From a virus, in the IMG/VR virus record IMGVR_UViG_3300031998_000511, positions 1 to 30,755 of that record: a stretch of 30,755 bases of DNA. One strand, 5' to 3'. The position numbers and the translations under genes were made by a program. The notes beneath the pieces were generated by a model, which searched no databases, was not told the origin of the DNA, and saw nothing but the letters and a program-made list of their open reading frames with translations. The first letter of the stretch is position 1; each line of letters opens with the position of its first letter. This document shows positions 6,418 to 14,765 of the stretch, in pieces.

Positions 6418-8346
6418 ATGCAGAAATACACCGAAAAGGAACAGCAAGAAATTATAAAAGAATGTGGCGAATTTTTGCAAGATTCGTCTAACGCTTTCAA
6501 AGACGATGTAAAGCGACAGGTAGACCAGCTTGAAATGTTCGGCGGCAATTTCTGGACGGACAGCGTTTGCAAGACTTACCGCAGAACAAACAAGTTGCGC
6601 CCCAACTTGCATTTTTCCCATTGGGAAGTGTTACGTAACGCCGCAGTTAGCCCGTTTAGCGCTTCCCCTTGGCATATTGCGCTGGAAAATACCGAAAGCG
6701 AGAAAACAGAGATTGACAAGGGCGAAGAAAACGCCGCTACAACCAACGAAGAAACACAAAAGGAAATTGACAGCTACGAAGCGGATACAGATTGCAAGAC
6801 AGCCTACATTGAAGGTGTCGGGCGCGGCTTCATTTGTGGCGCTGGCTACTACCTTTTGGGCGTTGAAACGGACGAATTGACGGGCCAGAACAAGATTTGC
6901 GGCGAATTCGTGACGCGCCAAAATTCCGTTGCCTTTGACCCAAACGCAACCTCCGTTGACGGGAGCGATGCGGAACAGGGCGCAATTGTAAACTATATTT
7001 CGTTGACGAAGGCCAAGCGCCTTTATGGTAACGGCGTTGTGCCGCTGGACTATCCGAGCGTACAGCCTACGCTTACTTTCGTTGATATTGGGCAATGGCC
7101 AAACATTGTAAACAAGATCCAAATTGTAACTTATTACCGCAAAAAAATTATTGAAGTCAAGGTTGACGAAACCAAGACCGAAAAACGCACAATTGTAGAA
7201 TGGTTCAAGATTTGCGGAAACGCAATTGTTGATTCGGGCGAATTGCCGATTAGGTATATTCCCATTGTGCGCTTTGCTGGTTTCGCCACGTTCCGAAATG
7301 GCGAAGTTATCTATACGGGCATTATTGACAAGACATTTAGTTTGCAGTTGGGCATTAACATTGCCTATTCTACGATGGTGGAGCGCGCGGGCCGAAGCGT
7401 TAAGGCCAACTACATTACAAACGTTGATTCCGTTAACGGGCTTGATGCGTATTACAAGAAGCTAAACGAAGATGATAGCTTGTTAGTTATGTACAAGGGC
7501 GACAAACCGCCTATTCCCGTACAGGAAAGTTTCGTAACAAGCGACCTTTCCGAAATGATCGCGAACACCCGCAATTTGCTTTCCGATGTTGTCGGCATAC
7601 CGCTAACGGGCATTAACGGCATTAACGAAAGCAACAAGACCGCTACCGAAGTATTGCAACAGCAAGCCAACGCGGAAAGCAATGTTGCGAACATCTACAA
7701 TAACGCATACAAGGCAACGCGCACTATTGGCCGTATCGTAATACAGCTCATTACGGGCGGCGTTGACCTTAAATTTACGCTTGAAAACGGCCCCGCCATT
7801 ATTAGCCAGAATATGAAGAAACGGCAAGAATTGGCGATGGTTGCAAACCTGTTGCCCGACAACCTAAAGCCGCTTTTGGCGCTTTACTACGTTGACACGA
7901 TCAAGAGCGAACAAAGCAAGGAAATAAAGGCCGATATTATAGCCAACTTGCCGACCGACTTGAAGCTAGTTGGCGACCAGCCGACCGACCCCGCCGCTAT
8001 CCACGAATTGCGCCGTATGCAGGTTGTTTGCGATGGCTTGGCCGAACAGCTTGAAACCATCAAGGCCGAAAACGAAGAACTTAAGAAGCAATACGAAAGC
8101 GCCGAAATGAGCCTGTTAAATACCCGCGAACAGCGGGCGGACGATATGGAACGCTTTAGAATTTCGGAAACTAACAAAATGAACCTTGAAACGGCAAAGC
8201 TTGAAAGCCAGAACGCGAAGGCGGCGGCTGAACTTGCCATAAAGAACAAGGCCGTAAACGCCGATATGCAGAGGGCCGCGACAGAAGCGGAACAGGCGGC
8301 GGTTGATACGGCGGAAAAGATAGCGGGGGGCGAAAATGCAGTTTGA
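6418..8346 (+). CDS. Portal protein with a long C-terminal coiled coil
   Basis: About 640 aa, located after terL as in P22-like genomes. The last roughly 120 aa are heptad-rich (ELRRMQVVCDGLAEQLETIKAENEELKKQYE...), like the P22 portal barrel. Alternative in-frame starts lie at 6388 and 6394. Confidence 0.7.
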   Translation: MQKYTEKEQQEIIKECGEFLQDSSNAFKDDVKRQVDQLEMFGGNFWTDSVCKTYRRTNKLRPNLHFSHWEVLRNAAVSPFSASPWHIALENTESEKTEIDKGEENAATTNEETQKEIDSYEADTDCKTAYIEGVGRGFICGAGYYLLGVETDELTGQNKICGEFVTRQNSVAFDPNATSVDGSDAEQGAIVNYISLTKAKRLYGNGVVPLDYPSVQPTLTFVDIGQWPNIVNKIQIVTYYRKKIIEVKVDETKTEKRTIVEWFKICGNAIVDSGELPIRYIPIVRFAGFATFRNGEVIYTGIIDKTFSLQLGINIAYSTMVERAGRSVKANYITNVDSVNGLDAYYKKLNEDDSLLVMYKGDKPPIPVQESFVTSDLSEMIANTRNLLSDVVGIPLTGINGINESNKTATEVLQQQANAESNVANIYNNAYKATRTIGRIVIQLITGGVDLKFTLENGPAIISQNMKKRQELAMVANLLPDNLKPLLALYYVDTIKSEQSKEIKADIIANLPTDLKLVGDQPTDPAAIHELRRMQVVCDGLAEQLETIKAENEELKKQYESAEMSLLNTREQRADDMERFRISETNKMNLETAKLESQNAKAAAELAIKNKAVNADMQRAATEAEQAAVDTAEKIAGGENAV

Positions 8347-8830
8347 TAGCCAAGTTGGGCCGCAATTGACCCTAAACGCCCTGTTCAAGAACAGCGGGCG
8401 GGCCTTCAAGAACGCGGCGTTTATGCAGACGCCAGCGGAACACGAAAGGGCCATAAGGAAGTTTACAAAAGAGCGCGAAAGGCAATTTATACGGGCTGGA
8501 ATGACGCCCGCGCAAGTTGCCAACGCGAAGAAACGCGCCGAAGAATGGGCAAAGAACTATGACGAGCCGAAGAAAATAGAAAAGTATTGGAAAGGCGACC
8601 AAGAGCCGCGCCGACCTATCCAAATTTCTAGTTCTTTCATTGGCGGCGTTAGGATCGTTCCCAGCCTTGGCCTTGCCCGACTGAATTTAAACGGGCGTTC
8701 CTATTCGTATTCGTTGACGCCCGAAATGGTGGGCAAGATGATTACAAGCAACAGCCTTGGCAAGTTCTACAACGGGCGTATCAAGGCACAAACGGGGCTA
8801 ATGACCAAAAACAAAGCCTTGGGCTGGTAA
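8336..8830 (+). CDS. Hypothetical protein (head module)
   Basis: 164-aa ORF with GGGGGG upstream, overlapping the portal stop. No family is recognised. Confidence 0.5.
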   Translation: MQFDSQVGPQLTLNALFKNSGRAFKNAAFMQTPAEHERAIRKFTKERERQFIRAGMTPAQVANAKKRAEEWAKNYDEPKKIEKYWKGDQEPRRPIQISSSFIGGVRIVPSLGLARLNLNGRSYSYSLTPEMVGKMITSNSLGKFYNGRIKAQTGLMTKNKALGW

Positions 8831-8859
8831 ATATACCTAAAGACCAAATAAACCAACAG

Positions 8860-8890
8860 AAACCGCCCTAGAAAGGCGGTTTTCCTTTTT
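8860..8890 (+). terminator. Rho-independent terminator
   Basis: AAACCGCC (8860..8867) pairs with GGCGGTTT (8875..8882) around a ctagaaa loop, followed by tcctttttg. Confidence 0.8.
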
Positions 8891-8892
8891 GT

Positions 8893-9279
8893 GGTATGGT
8901 TGGAAGGGTAAGGGCAGAAACGGCCCCAGAACGCGCGTATTGTCGGGTACAATTTTGACGGAAAAAACGAATTGAGCAATAGGTAAGCAATTGCTTTTCA
9001 ATTGGTTTGTAATTGCTATGTGATTTTTTCACTTTCGGAAAGAAATTTTATAAAAAATCGTGAATGAAAGCGAAAAATTAAACAAAATGTTGAGTTTTTG
9101 AGCGAAAAACGCAGTTTTTCGTAATTAAGCAATTGCTTTGCTATTGCTTTGCAATAGGTAAGCTATTCTGTCTTATTGTCTATATTACTATTTTACTATC
9201 TATTTCTTTATTTTCTTTTGGTTCTTTTCTTTTTTTCTTTGCCAGTTCCGAAAAAAACTTTTTTATTGGAATTGTAGCC
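8893..9279. other. Long AT-rich non-coding region with palindromes, direct repeats and a polypyrimidine tract
   Basis: No ORF larger than a few codons on the + strand. AAGCAATTGCTT occurs at 8985..8996 and 9127..9138. CAATAGGTAAGC occurs at 8977..8988 and 9152..9163. CTATTGC-ttt-GCAATAG is at 9141..9157, AGCGAAAAA at 9069 and 9101, and a T/C tract at 9196..9240. Confidence 0.85.
9161..9240 (+). repeat. About 80-bp intergenic element, paralogous to 24121..24200
   Basis: The two elements are colinear. CTTATTGTCTATAT (9172..9185 = 24132..24145) and the 23-mer TTTTCTTTTGGTTCTTTTCTTTT (9211..9233 = 24171..24193) are exact, and roughly three quarters of positions match overall. Confidence 0.85.
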
Positions 9280-9293
9280 AAAAAACTAATTTA
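9280..9293 (+). promoter_or_regulatory. Motif A copy 3
   Basis: Exact AAAAAACTAATTTA followed by TGGTT, 71 nt upstream of the preferred scaffold start. Confidence 0.5.
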
Positions 9294-9320
9294 TGGTTAA
9301 AGGTGGAATTAACCGCCTTT

Positions 9321-9346
9321 CGTTCACGCGGAACGTACAAAACGCG
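9321..9346 (+). promoter_or_regulatory. Motif B copy 2 (hairpin CGTTC-ACGCG-GAACG plus AAAACGCG)
   Basis: Identical 15-mer to 4088..4102. It lies between motif A copy 3 and the GGAG/ATG of the scaffold gene. Confidence 0.45.
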
Positions 9347-9364
9347 TCTTGGAGCGTAAAGCTT

Positions 9365-10396
9365 ATGGCAATGACTACCGAAGAAGTAAACGAATACCTT
9401 GCACAGCAGAAAGCGGCACAGGAAAACGGAACTGAAACGGAAACCAATAACCCGCAAGGGAAAGAACCCGAACCAAAGACGGAAACGGCGGCTTCGCAAA
9501 CCGCAACGGCTGACGATGGCGAAGGCGAAGGCCCCGACAACCCACCCAGCGGCGCTGACGCTGGCGGCGAAGACGGAAGCGAAACCAAAGGCGGAACGCC
9601 CGAAGGTTCCGAACACTTGGCGGCTGGATCGGAAGGCGAACCCGATACAGAGAAAGACAAAAAGCCTACGGCGGAAGAACGTTGGGCAAAATCTTTCCGA
9701 AAAGAAAAAGACAAGCGGAAACGGCAAAACCAGCAATACCAAGCCGAGATTGAACGGCTAAAGCGTGAAAACGCCGAATTGAAGGGCAAGTTGGGCAATG
9801 GCGATTTCAAGGCTGACAAAGACAGCGTTTCGGCCCTTGTTAAGATGCAGACTAACGAAAACGAAATTTCGCGTTTGCAGACGGAACAGGTTAACAACCA
9901 GATGGCCGATGATATGGCGGAAAATGAACGCCGCGTAAATCTTTGTTTCCCAGACGAGAAAGACCGCCAAATTTACGCGCAGTTGCTCCAAAATTCGGGT
10001 TCGGCTTTCGTTGAGAAATTGGACGCCGCAGATCCCGAAGGGGTTATTTTGGGGTGTCTAGACGATTGCGAAATTTCGCCTATCGTATTGCGGGTTCTTA
10101 TGACGCGCCCCGCCTTCTTGAATGACATTTTGTCCAAGAAAACGAGGCACGGAAAGGAAGTTGCTTTTGACCAGCTTGTCAACCAATGCAAGGTAGCGGA
10201 CAAGATTATCCGAGCCAAGCAGAAGGAAAAAACGGCGCAAGCAAAGGACACCCTGAAGGCGGGCGCAAGGGCTGGTTTGCAGAACATCAAGCCGACAGGC
10301 CGACAAGCCAACAAAGGCGAAGGCGGCGGCGGGAACGTTGTAAAGAACGAAGCCTATTGGAACCAATTTTTGGGCGAACACCCGCGCGGGCGTTAA
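9365..10396 (+). CDS. Scaffolding protein (candidate)
   Basis: It lies between the portal block and the coat gene. It is acidic and low-complexity, with coiled-coil segments (QQYQAEIERLKRENAELKGKL). I prefer ATG 9365 (GGAG 10 nt upstream) to ATG 9293, which sits inside motif A. Confidence 0.55.
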   Translation: MAMTTEEVNEYLAQQKAAQENGTETETNNPQGKEPEPKTETAASQTATADDGEGEGPDNPPSGADAGGEDGSETKGGTPEGSEHLAAGSEGEPDTEKDKKPTAEERWAKSFRKEKDKRKRQNQQYQAEIERLKRENAELKGKLGNGDFKADKDSVSALVKMQTNENEISRLQTEQVNNQMADDMAENERRVNLCFPDEKDRQIYAQLLQNSGSAFVEKLDAADPEGVILGCLDDCEISPIVLRVLMTRPAFLNDILSKKTRHGKEVAFDQLVNQCKVADKIIRAKQKEKTAQAKDTLKAGARAGLQNIKPTGRQANKGEGGGGNVVKNEAYWNQFLGEHPRGR

Positions 10397-10427
10397 GTCT
10401 AAAAACCATTTTCAATAGGGGTTATCT

Positions 10428-11651
10428 ATGCCTAATACAATCAAGACTAACAGCCTTACCGAGCTTATCGCGGTAAGGTTTGCCGAAGCCGCTAGCTACC
10501 TTGTCAACGGCTCCAAGAAATACTTTGCTGGCCAGCTTGAAGGCAAGCGCAACGGCCAGACCTACAAATTCGTTGTCCGAGATACGGGCGAAGCTGTCAA
10601 CAGCCTTGCTATCGGCGGCGGCGACAAGGTTAGCGTTGTGGAACGTGAAGTTTCGCTAACGCTTGACCCTTGGCATATTGGCGTTAAGACCAACGCGATT
10701 GAAAGCGTTACGGATCTTAATTGGGATAAGGAAATTGCCCAGCCGAACAGCCAGAAGCTTGTTAACGCCGTTACCCGCAAGGCCGTACAGGGAGACTTGG
10801 GCAAATGCGGTACCGCGTTTGTTGGCGAAGGCTTCTTGCCGCTTTCCCGCGCAAGCGCCCACCTTGCCAGCGTGACCAGCGAAAAGCTTTATGGCTTTAT
10901 TGACCCGAACATTGAAGCGGTGCTTACCAGCAACGGCCAGCAGTTTGTGCCCGTTGGCGCTCCCCCGATGTACAAGACGGGGCTGTTGGGCGAATTCCAC
11001 GGCGCCGAATACCGCGCACAGCGTTTCTTTGAACAGGTCAATGTTTCCGCCGATTGCGTGACGGGCCTTACGGGTGCAACGGGCGCAAGCTCCAGCGCTT
11101 ACACCGACAACAGCAACGGAACCGCAACCCTTAAGCTTTCCTTTAGCGCCGCCGCTACGGGCTTCACTATCCCGCGCGGTATCGTGATTTGGGTTGATGG
11201 CGTTTACGCTTGCGATTGTGTCGGCGATGTGACGGGCAACTTGCACGCCTTCGTTGTGCTGGCTGACGTTAGCGTTTCCAGCAGCGCTACTACGGCCAGC
11301 GTTTCTGTGCGCGCCGTTGATATGACCGCTAAGAGCGGCACCCGCGAAGTTGCGAAGGCTGGCGGCGGCACCATTGCCACCACCGACTTTAACAGCGCCA
11401 AAATCGCTATTCCCGCCGCTGGCATTTACTTTGCTGGCATTGTCCGCGCGGAAGGCGCCTTTGAATTTGAAACCTTGGATCGTCTTGACGCCGAAGGCGC
11501 CGACTACGAAAAGGGTTCTGTCAACGGAGTTACGATCCACAAGAACAAGCTTGTTGACCTCGCGTCTATGGAGAACACCACCCGCTTTGACATTGTGTCT
11601 TTGGCGGGCATTGTTGAGCCGCGCGCTTGCGCCTATGTGCTGATCAAGTAA
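10428..11651 (+). CDS. Major capsid (coat) protein
   Basis: 407 aa, placed after the scaffold and before a strong terminator. It is Ala/Gly/Val/Thr-rich with high local GC, and its length and position match P22-type coat proteins. The fold was not verified. Confidence 0.7.
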   Translation: MPNTIKTNSLTELIAVRFAEAASYLVNGSKKYFAGQLEGKRNGQTYKFVVRDTGEAVNSLAIGGGDKVSVVEREVSLTLDPWHIGVKTNAIESVTDLNWDKEIAQPNSQKLVNAVTRKAVQGDLGKCGTAFVGEGFLPLSRASAHLASVTSEKLYGFIDPNIEAVLTSNGQQFVPVGAPPMYKTGLLGEFHGAEYRAQRFFEQVNVSADCVTGLTGATGASSSAYTDNSNGTATLKLSFSAAATGFTIPRGIVIWVDGVYACDCVGDVTGNLHAFVVLADVSVSSSATTASVSVRAVDMTAKSGTREVAKAGGGTIATTDFNSAKIAIPAAGIYFAGIVRAEGAFEFETLDRLDAEGADYEKGSVNGVTIHKNKLVDLASMENTTRFDIVSLAGIVEPRACAYVLIK

Positions 11652-11692
11652 GAAAGTTTACTTTCTTTGCCTTGGCTCCTTACAAGGAACAG

Positions 11693-11722
11693 GAAGGCGG
11701 TAGCAATGCCGCCTTCTTTTTG
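11693..11722 (+). terminator. Rho-independent terminator after the coat gene
   Basis: GAAGGCGG (11693..11700) pairs with CCGCCTTC (11709..11716) around a tagcaatg loop, followed by tttttg. Confidence 0.85.
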
Positions 11723-11752
11723 TTATATTAAGGATAACGGGAGCCAAGAAAA

Positions 11753-12223
11753 ATGGAATTTAAACGAATATCAAGCAAGCGGCTTACAGAGCTGTTGACA
11801 GCGAAAAAGGGCGGGAGTATAACAACCGCCGAAAACGAGGAATTGGGCTTTTATGCCCAGAATTTCGCAAACATAATTTTGAGAACGCCGAAAATGCGGC
11901 GTTTTCTTTTTTTATACGATCCAAAAAAGGTTTATGACCTTGAAAACGAGATGCGGGCGCAAATATCCATAACGATTGTTGGCGCCTGTCCTTACAGCTA
12001 CGAAAAGAGCTTTGCAAAATCGTATTCGTATTGCCTTTATTGCGCGAACAGCGCCGCTTGCGGAGTTATTAGGCGCCATATTAGGCGCTTGAAGATTGAA
12101 GGGGTTATAAGGCATATTTCTAGCTTGTGGATAGCCGACCTTTTCCCATATCTTCACAAGGTTAGGAACCTAAACAGAAGCGCCACCAGCGAAAAAACTA
12201 ATTTATGTTTAGAGGAATTTTAG
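11753..12223 (+). CDS. Sigma-factor region-2-like small protein (T4 gp55-type late sigma candidate)
   Basis: 156-aa ORF with GGGAG 9 nt upstream. The segments NEELGFYAQNFANIILR..., ...RRFLFLYD...ENEMRAQISITIV... and ...YSYEKSFAKSYSYCLYCANSAACGVIRRHIRRLK follow the remembered sigma region 2 / gp55 pattern (hydrophobic helix, R-F-x-F-x-x-Y, EM..a..I, F-D-x-x-K...aY....N-a-f...I-K-K). This is not a computed alignment. Confidence 0.35.
   Translation: MEFKRISSKRLTELLTAKKGGSITTAENEELGFYAQNFANIILRTPKMRRFLFLYDPKKVYDLENEMRAQISITIVGACPYSYEKSFAKSYSYCLYCANSAACGVIRRHIRRLKIEGVIRHISSLWIADLFPYLHKVRNLNRSATSEKTNLCLEEF
12192..12205 (+). promoter_or_regulatory. Motif A copy 4
   Basis: Exact AAAAAACTAATTTA inside the 3' end of the sigma-like ORF, followed by TGTTT, 21 nt upstream of ATG 12227. 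Confidence 0.5.
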
Positions 12224-12226
12224 CTT

Positions 12227-12925
12227 ATGGTAAGCGTAAGGAACATAATTGTAGAAGCGTTGAGCCGCGCAACGCTGGCGAACCGCAAACAGGGCGCACA
12301 GCCTTCTTTGGTTGAAGATGCGTATATTAGGTTTTGCGGTATCTTGCGCGAATATTCCGACAACAATTTTATTACCGCCTATCGCGGCGAAGTTGAATTT
12401 GACGGATCCGCCGAACAGATTGAAATAAACGGCGCAGATATTCCAGCGGACGGGATAACGGACATCAAGGCGGCATATTACCGCTCGGACAATTCGCCCG
12501 ACTATTACCCGCTTAATTTCGTTTCGCTTGAAACTTTTTACGATTGTTCGCTTTCCGATTATACCTATTCTTACCAGCCTATAGGCGAAAACAAGTTTAG
12601 GCTTTATCTTAAGCCGCGTTTTGCCCAATTGCACAAGCGCGTAAAGCTTATCTACAACATAGAAATTAAACTAGGCATTGACGATGCCGTTAACTTGCCT
12701 ATCGTTTACACAGAATTGCTGACAAGGGCGCTTGCGCTAAAGATGGCCATTGACAAGCCGAGAGCGACACCAGACAAGCGTAACGAATTGCGCGCCGAAT
12801 TGGAAACGCTGGAAAACCAGCTTAAGGCCAACAATGCGGACAATAGGATTTTGACCCGCACCCCGCGCGACAGGTTCTTTAATATTGAAACACTAAAAAG
12901 CGGTTCTTTCATTTTCGGTAGCTAG
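12227..12925 (+). CDS. Head-to-tail adaptor, P22 gp4-like (candidate)
   Basis: The N-terminus NIIVEALSRATLANRKQGAQPSLVEDAYIRFCGILREY parallels the remembered P22 gp4 start (DLVRAALRKLGVAS...[20 protein letters not shown]). It lies directly upstream of a gp10-like gene. Confidence 0.5.
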   Translation: MVSVRNIIVEALSRATLANRKQGAQPSLVEDAYIRFCGILREYSDNNFITAYRGEVEFDGSAEQIEINGADIPADGITDIKAAYYRSDNSPDYYPLNFVSLETFYDCSLSDYTYSYQPIGENKFRLYLKPRFAQLHKRVKLIYNIEIKLGIDDAVNLPIVYTELLTRALALKMAIDKPRATPDKRNELRAELETLENQLKANNADNRILTRTPRDRFFNIETLKSGSFIFGS

Positions 12926-12928
12926 GTT

Positions 12929-14506
12929 ATGGCTAAAAAGTTTATAACTAACATTTGCGGCGGCGTAAAGCGTAGCGATATTAGGAAAGTTGGCCTTTCT
13001 GACGCTGTAAATATGTACCTTGAAGAAAAAGACCCTACAGAACAGGCTTTTACGCTCATAATGCGTTCTATTGACGGGTGCAGTACATATTGCACCCCGA
13101 AGGGCGAACCGCGCGGAATGTTCAAAGTTTCCCGCGCCTACGATGGCGAAGGATCCCCAGAAGTACAAAAGACATACGGCGTATGGGGCGAAAAGCTTTA
13201 CTTGCTTGAAGAAAACAACGCAATTGAAATTGGAACGCTGGCGACCAAAAGCGGCGTTTGCCATTTTTGCGAAACGGGCGGTTATGGTTCCGCGCACCCG
13301 CATTTAATCATTGTTGACGGAATAAATGTTTACGCCCTTAATACGGGCGTTTCCGTTGTCAACCAGCGCCAGCAATTTTTAGATCACGGCACAATTAAGT
13401 TGCCGTTGCGAGTAAACACAAACAATGTGTTTATCAAGCCGACCCATTGCGCGTATCTTTACGGGTATCTAGTTGTAAACGATTCTGGAACAGATGCGTT
13501 TTACACAAGCTACCAATACCCGTTTGAAGCTTACCCGACAACCGACCCGAAATATTACGATATTTTCCGCGTCAATACGGCGGCGTTCCTTGATTACGGC
13601 TTTGTGACCTATTCCGAATGGCAACCAGACAACACCCTTGCTTTGTTTGCCAACGGATCACGACTTTTTACTTTCGGATCGCGTTCTTTCCAAGTATTCC
13701 AATACAACAACGATGTAAACAACCCTTTCAACAGCCCCGATACGGCGGCGCAAAACATAGGCATAAAGGCTGTAAATTCGCTTTGTGGCCTTGGTTCTGT
13801 TGTTTGCTGGCTTGGCGGTTCCGATGTTGGAAACAATGGCGTATATGTGAACAGGGGCGGCGTTGAATGTGAAAGAATATCTACGATTGAAATTGAAAAC
13901 ATCATTGAAGATATTGGGGTACAGACTGACGCAATAGGCCAGATGTGGCAAGAAAAGCAACATACGTTCTATGCGCTCACTTTCCCCTACGGCAACGTTA
14001 CTTTGGTCTATGACTTTTTAACGGGCGCTTGGCACAAGCGGGCAACGCTTGGCAAGATGAACGCTTTGGAAAAATGGCGCTACAATTTCGCGACAATGAA
14101 CGAAAACGGCAAGATTCTTTTTGCCGACATTGACGCTTGCGTTGTTCTGGACAAGAACAAGTTTACAGAACACGATGGCAACTTGATTTTGAAAAAGCGC
14201 GTTGGCGGCGTTATCCTTTCCGACTATATGAATTTTGTTTGTGATTATGTGCAGATTTTCACGAACAACGGACAGAACAACGCCATTGCCGAAAACGCAA
14301 AAATCACGATCCGTTATTCGTTTGATGGCGCCACGTTCTCAACTATTGAACAGGTGCCAATTGGCCGAATAGGTCAATACGATTACGAAACGATGTTCTG
14401 GATAGGCGAATTTGGAAAATTCTTGACGCTTGAAATTAGCTGTTCCGAACCTTGCCCGTTTGCCCTTATGGGTATTCAATTTGGCGGCGATGCAATGGAG
14501 TTCTAG
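12929..14506 (+). CDS. P22 gp10-like tail hub / packaged-DNA stabilisation protein (candidate)
   Basis: 525 aa. The serial motifs (WGEKLYLL..., TFGSRSFQVFQY, ERISTIEIENIIED, TLVYDFLTGAWHKR, the C-terminal IRYSFDG...LTLEISCSEP.PFALMGIQF) occur in the same order as remembered P22 gp10 landmarks. Confidence 0.55.
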   Translation: MAKKFITNICGGVKRSDIRKVGLSDAVNMYLEEKDPTEQAFTLIMRSIDGCSTYCTPKGEPRGMFKVSRAYDGEGSPEVQKTYGVWGEKLYLLEENNAIEIGTLATKSGVCHFCETGGYGSAHPHLIIVDGINVYALNTGVSVVNQRQQFLDHGTIKLPLRVNTNNVFIKPTHCAYLYGYLVVNDSGTDAFYTSYQYPFEAYPTTDPKYYDIFRVNTAAFLDYGFVTYSEWQPDNTLALFANGSRLFTFGSRSFQVFQYNNDVNNPFNSPDTAAQNIGIKAVNSLCGLGSVVCWLGGSDVGNNGVYVNRGGVECERISTIEIENIIEDIGVQTDAIGQMWQEKQHTFYALTFPYGNVTLVYDFLTGAWHKRATLGKMNALEKWRYNFATMNENGKILFADIDACVVLDKNKFTEHDGNLILKKRVGGVILSDYMNFVCDYVQIFTNNGQNNAIAENAKITIRYSFDGATFSTIEQVPIGRIGQYDYETMFWIGEFGKFLTLEISCSEPCPFALMGIQFGGDAMEF

Positions 14507-14509
14507 GCG

Positions 14510-14755
14510 ATGATTGAAAAGATTACACCTTGGACACCTACAACGGAACTTTCCGAAGCCTTGCGCGGTTCTTACGGAAAAGAAGTAACCGAGAATTACG
14601 CTTGGGCTGTTTTCGGGAACGTGCTAATAGTCAAGGCTTTCAAGGATTGCAATTTTACACCGCCTGTAGCTTGCTACAATTTAAACTACCTTGATGGCGG
14701 AGAATTTAACGGAACTTTAACGGCGGGCCAAGCCGCAATTGGAATTTTGAAGTAA
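14510..14755 (+). CDS. Hypothetical virion-module protein
   Basis: 81-aa ORF with GGAG upstream. No family is recognised. Confidence 0.5.
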   Translation: MIEKITPWTPTTELSEALRGSYGKEVTENYAWAVFGNVLIVKAFKDCNFTPPVACYNLNYLDGGEFNGTLTAGQAAIGILK

Positions 14756-14765
14756 GGGGGCTGTT

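Noticed and set aside
9293-9364. Longer N-terminal extensions offered by the ORF track (9293 for the scaffold, 810 for the MazG-like ORF, 1740 for the DUF5675-like ORF, 26566 for the methyltransferase, 4632 for terL)
   Set aside because: The extensions run through elements conserved at nucleotide level: motif A and motif B, the ssb terminator, and the shared GGGCAAAGGCTGGACAAT leader. Otherwise they overlap the upstream gene heavily. The internal ATGs have better SD spacing.
10397-10427. A degenerate motif A-like sequence (CTAAAAACCATTTTCAATAGGGGTT) upstream of the coat gene
   Set aside because: It shares only the A-run and a T-rich core. It cannot be aligned to the exact 14-mer without gaps, so I do not count it as a sixth copy.
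10656-11540. 294-aa minus-strand ORF antisense to the coat gene, and similar minus-strand ORFs at 15794..16297, 9286..9897, 3548..4003 and 795..1499
   Set aside because: These are shadow ORFs of GC-rich or codon-biased + strand genes. Their Ala/Gly/Arg/Ser-rich translations lack motifs. They would break the otherwise perfect single-strand, tightly packed gene organisation.
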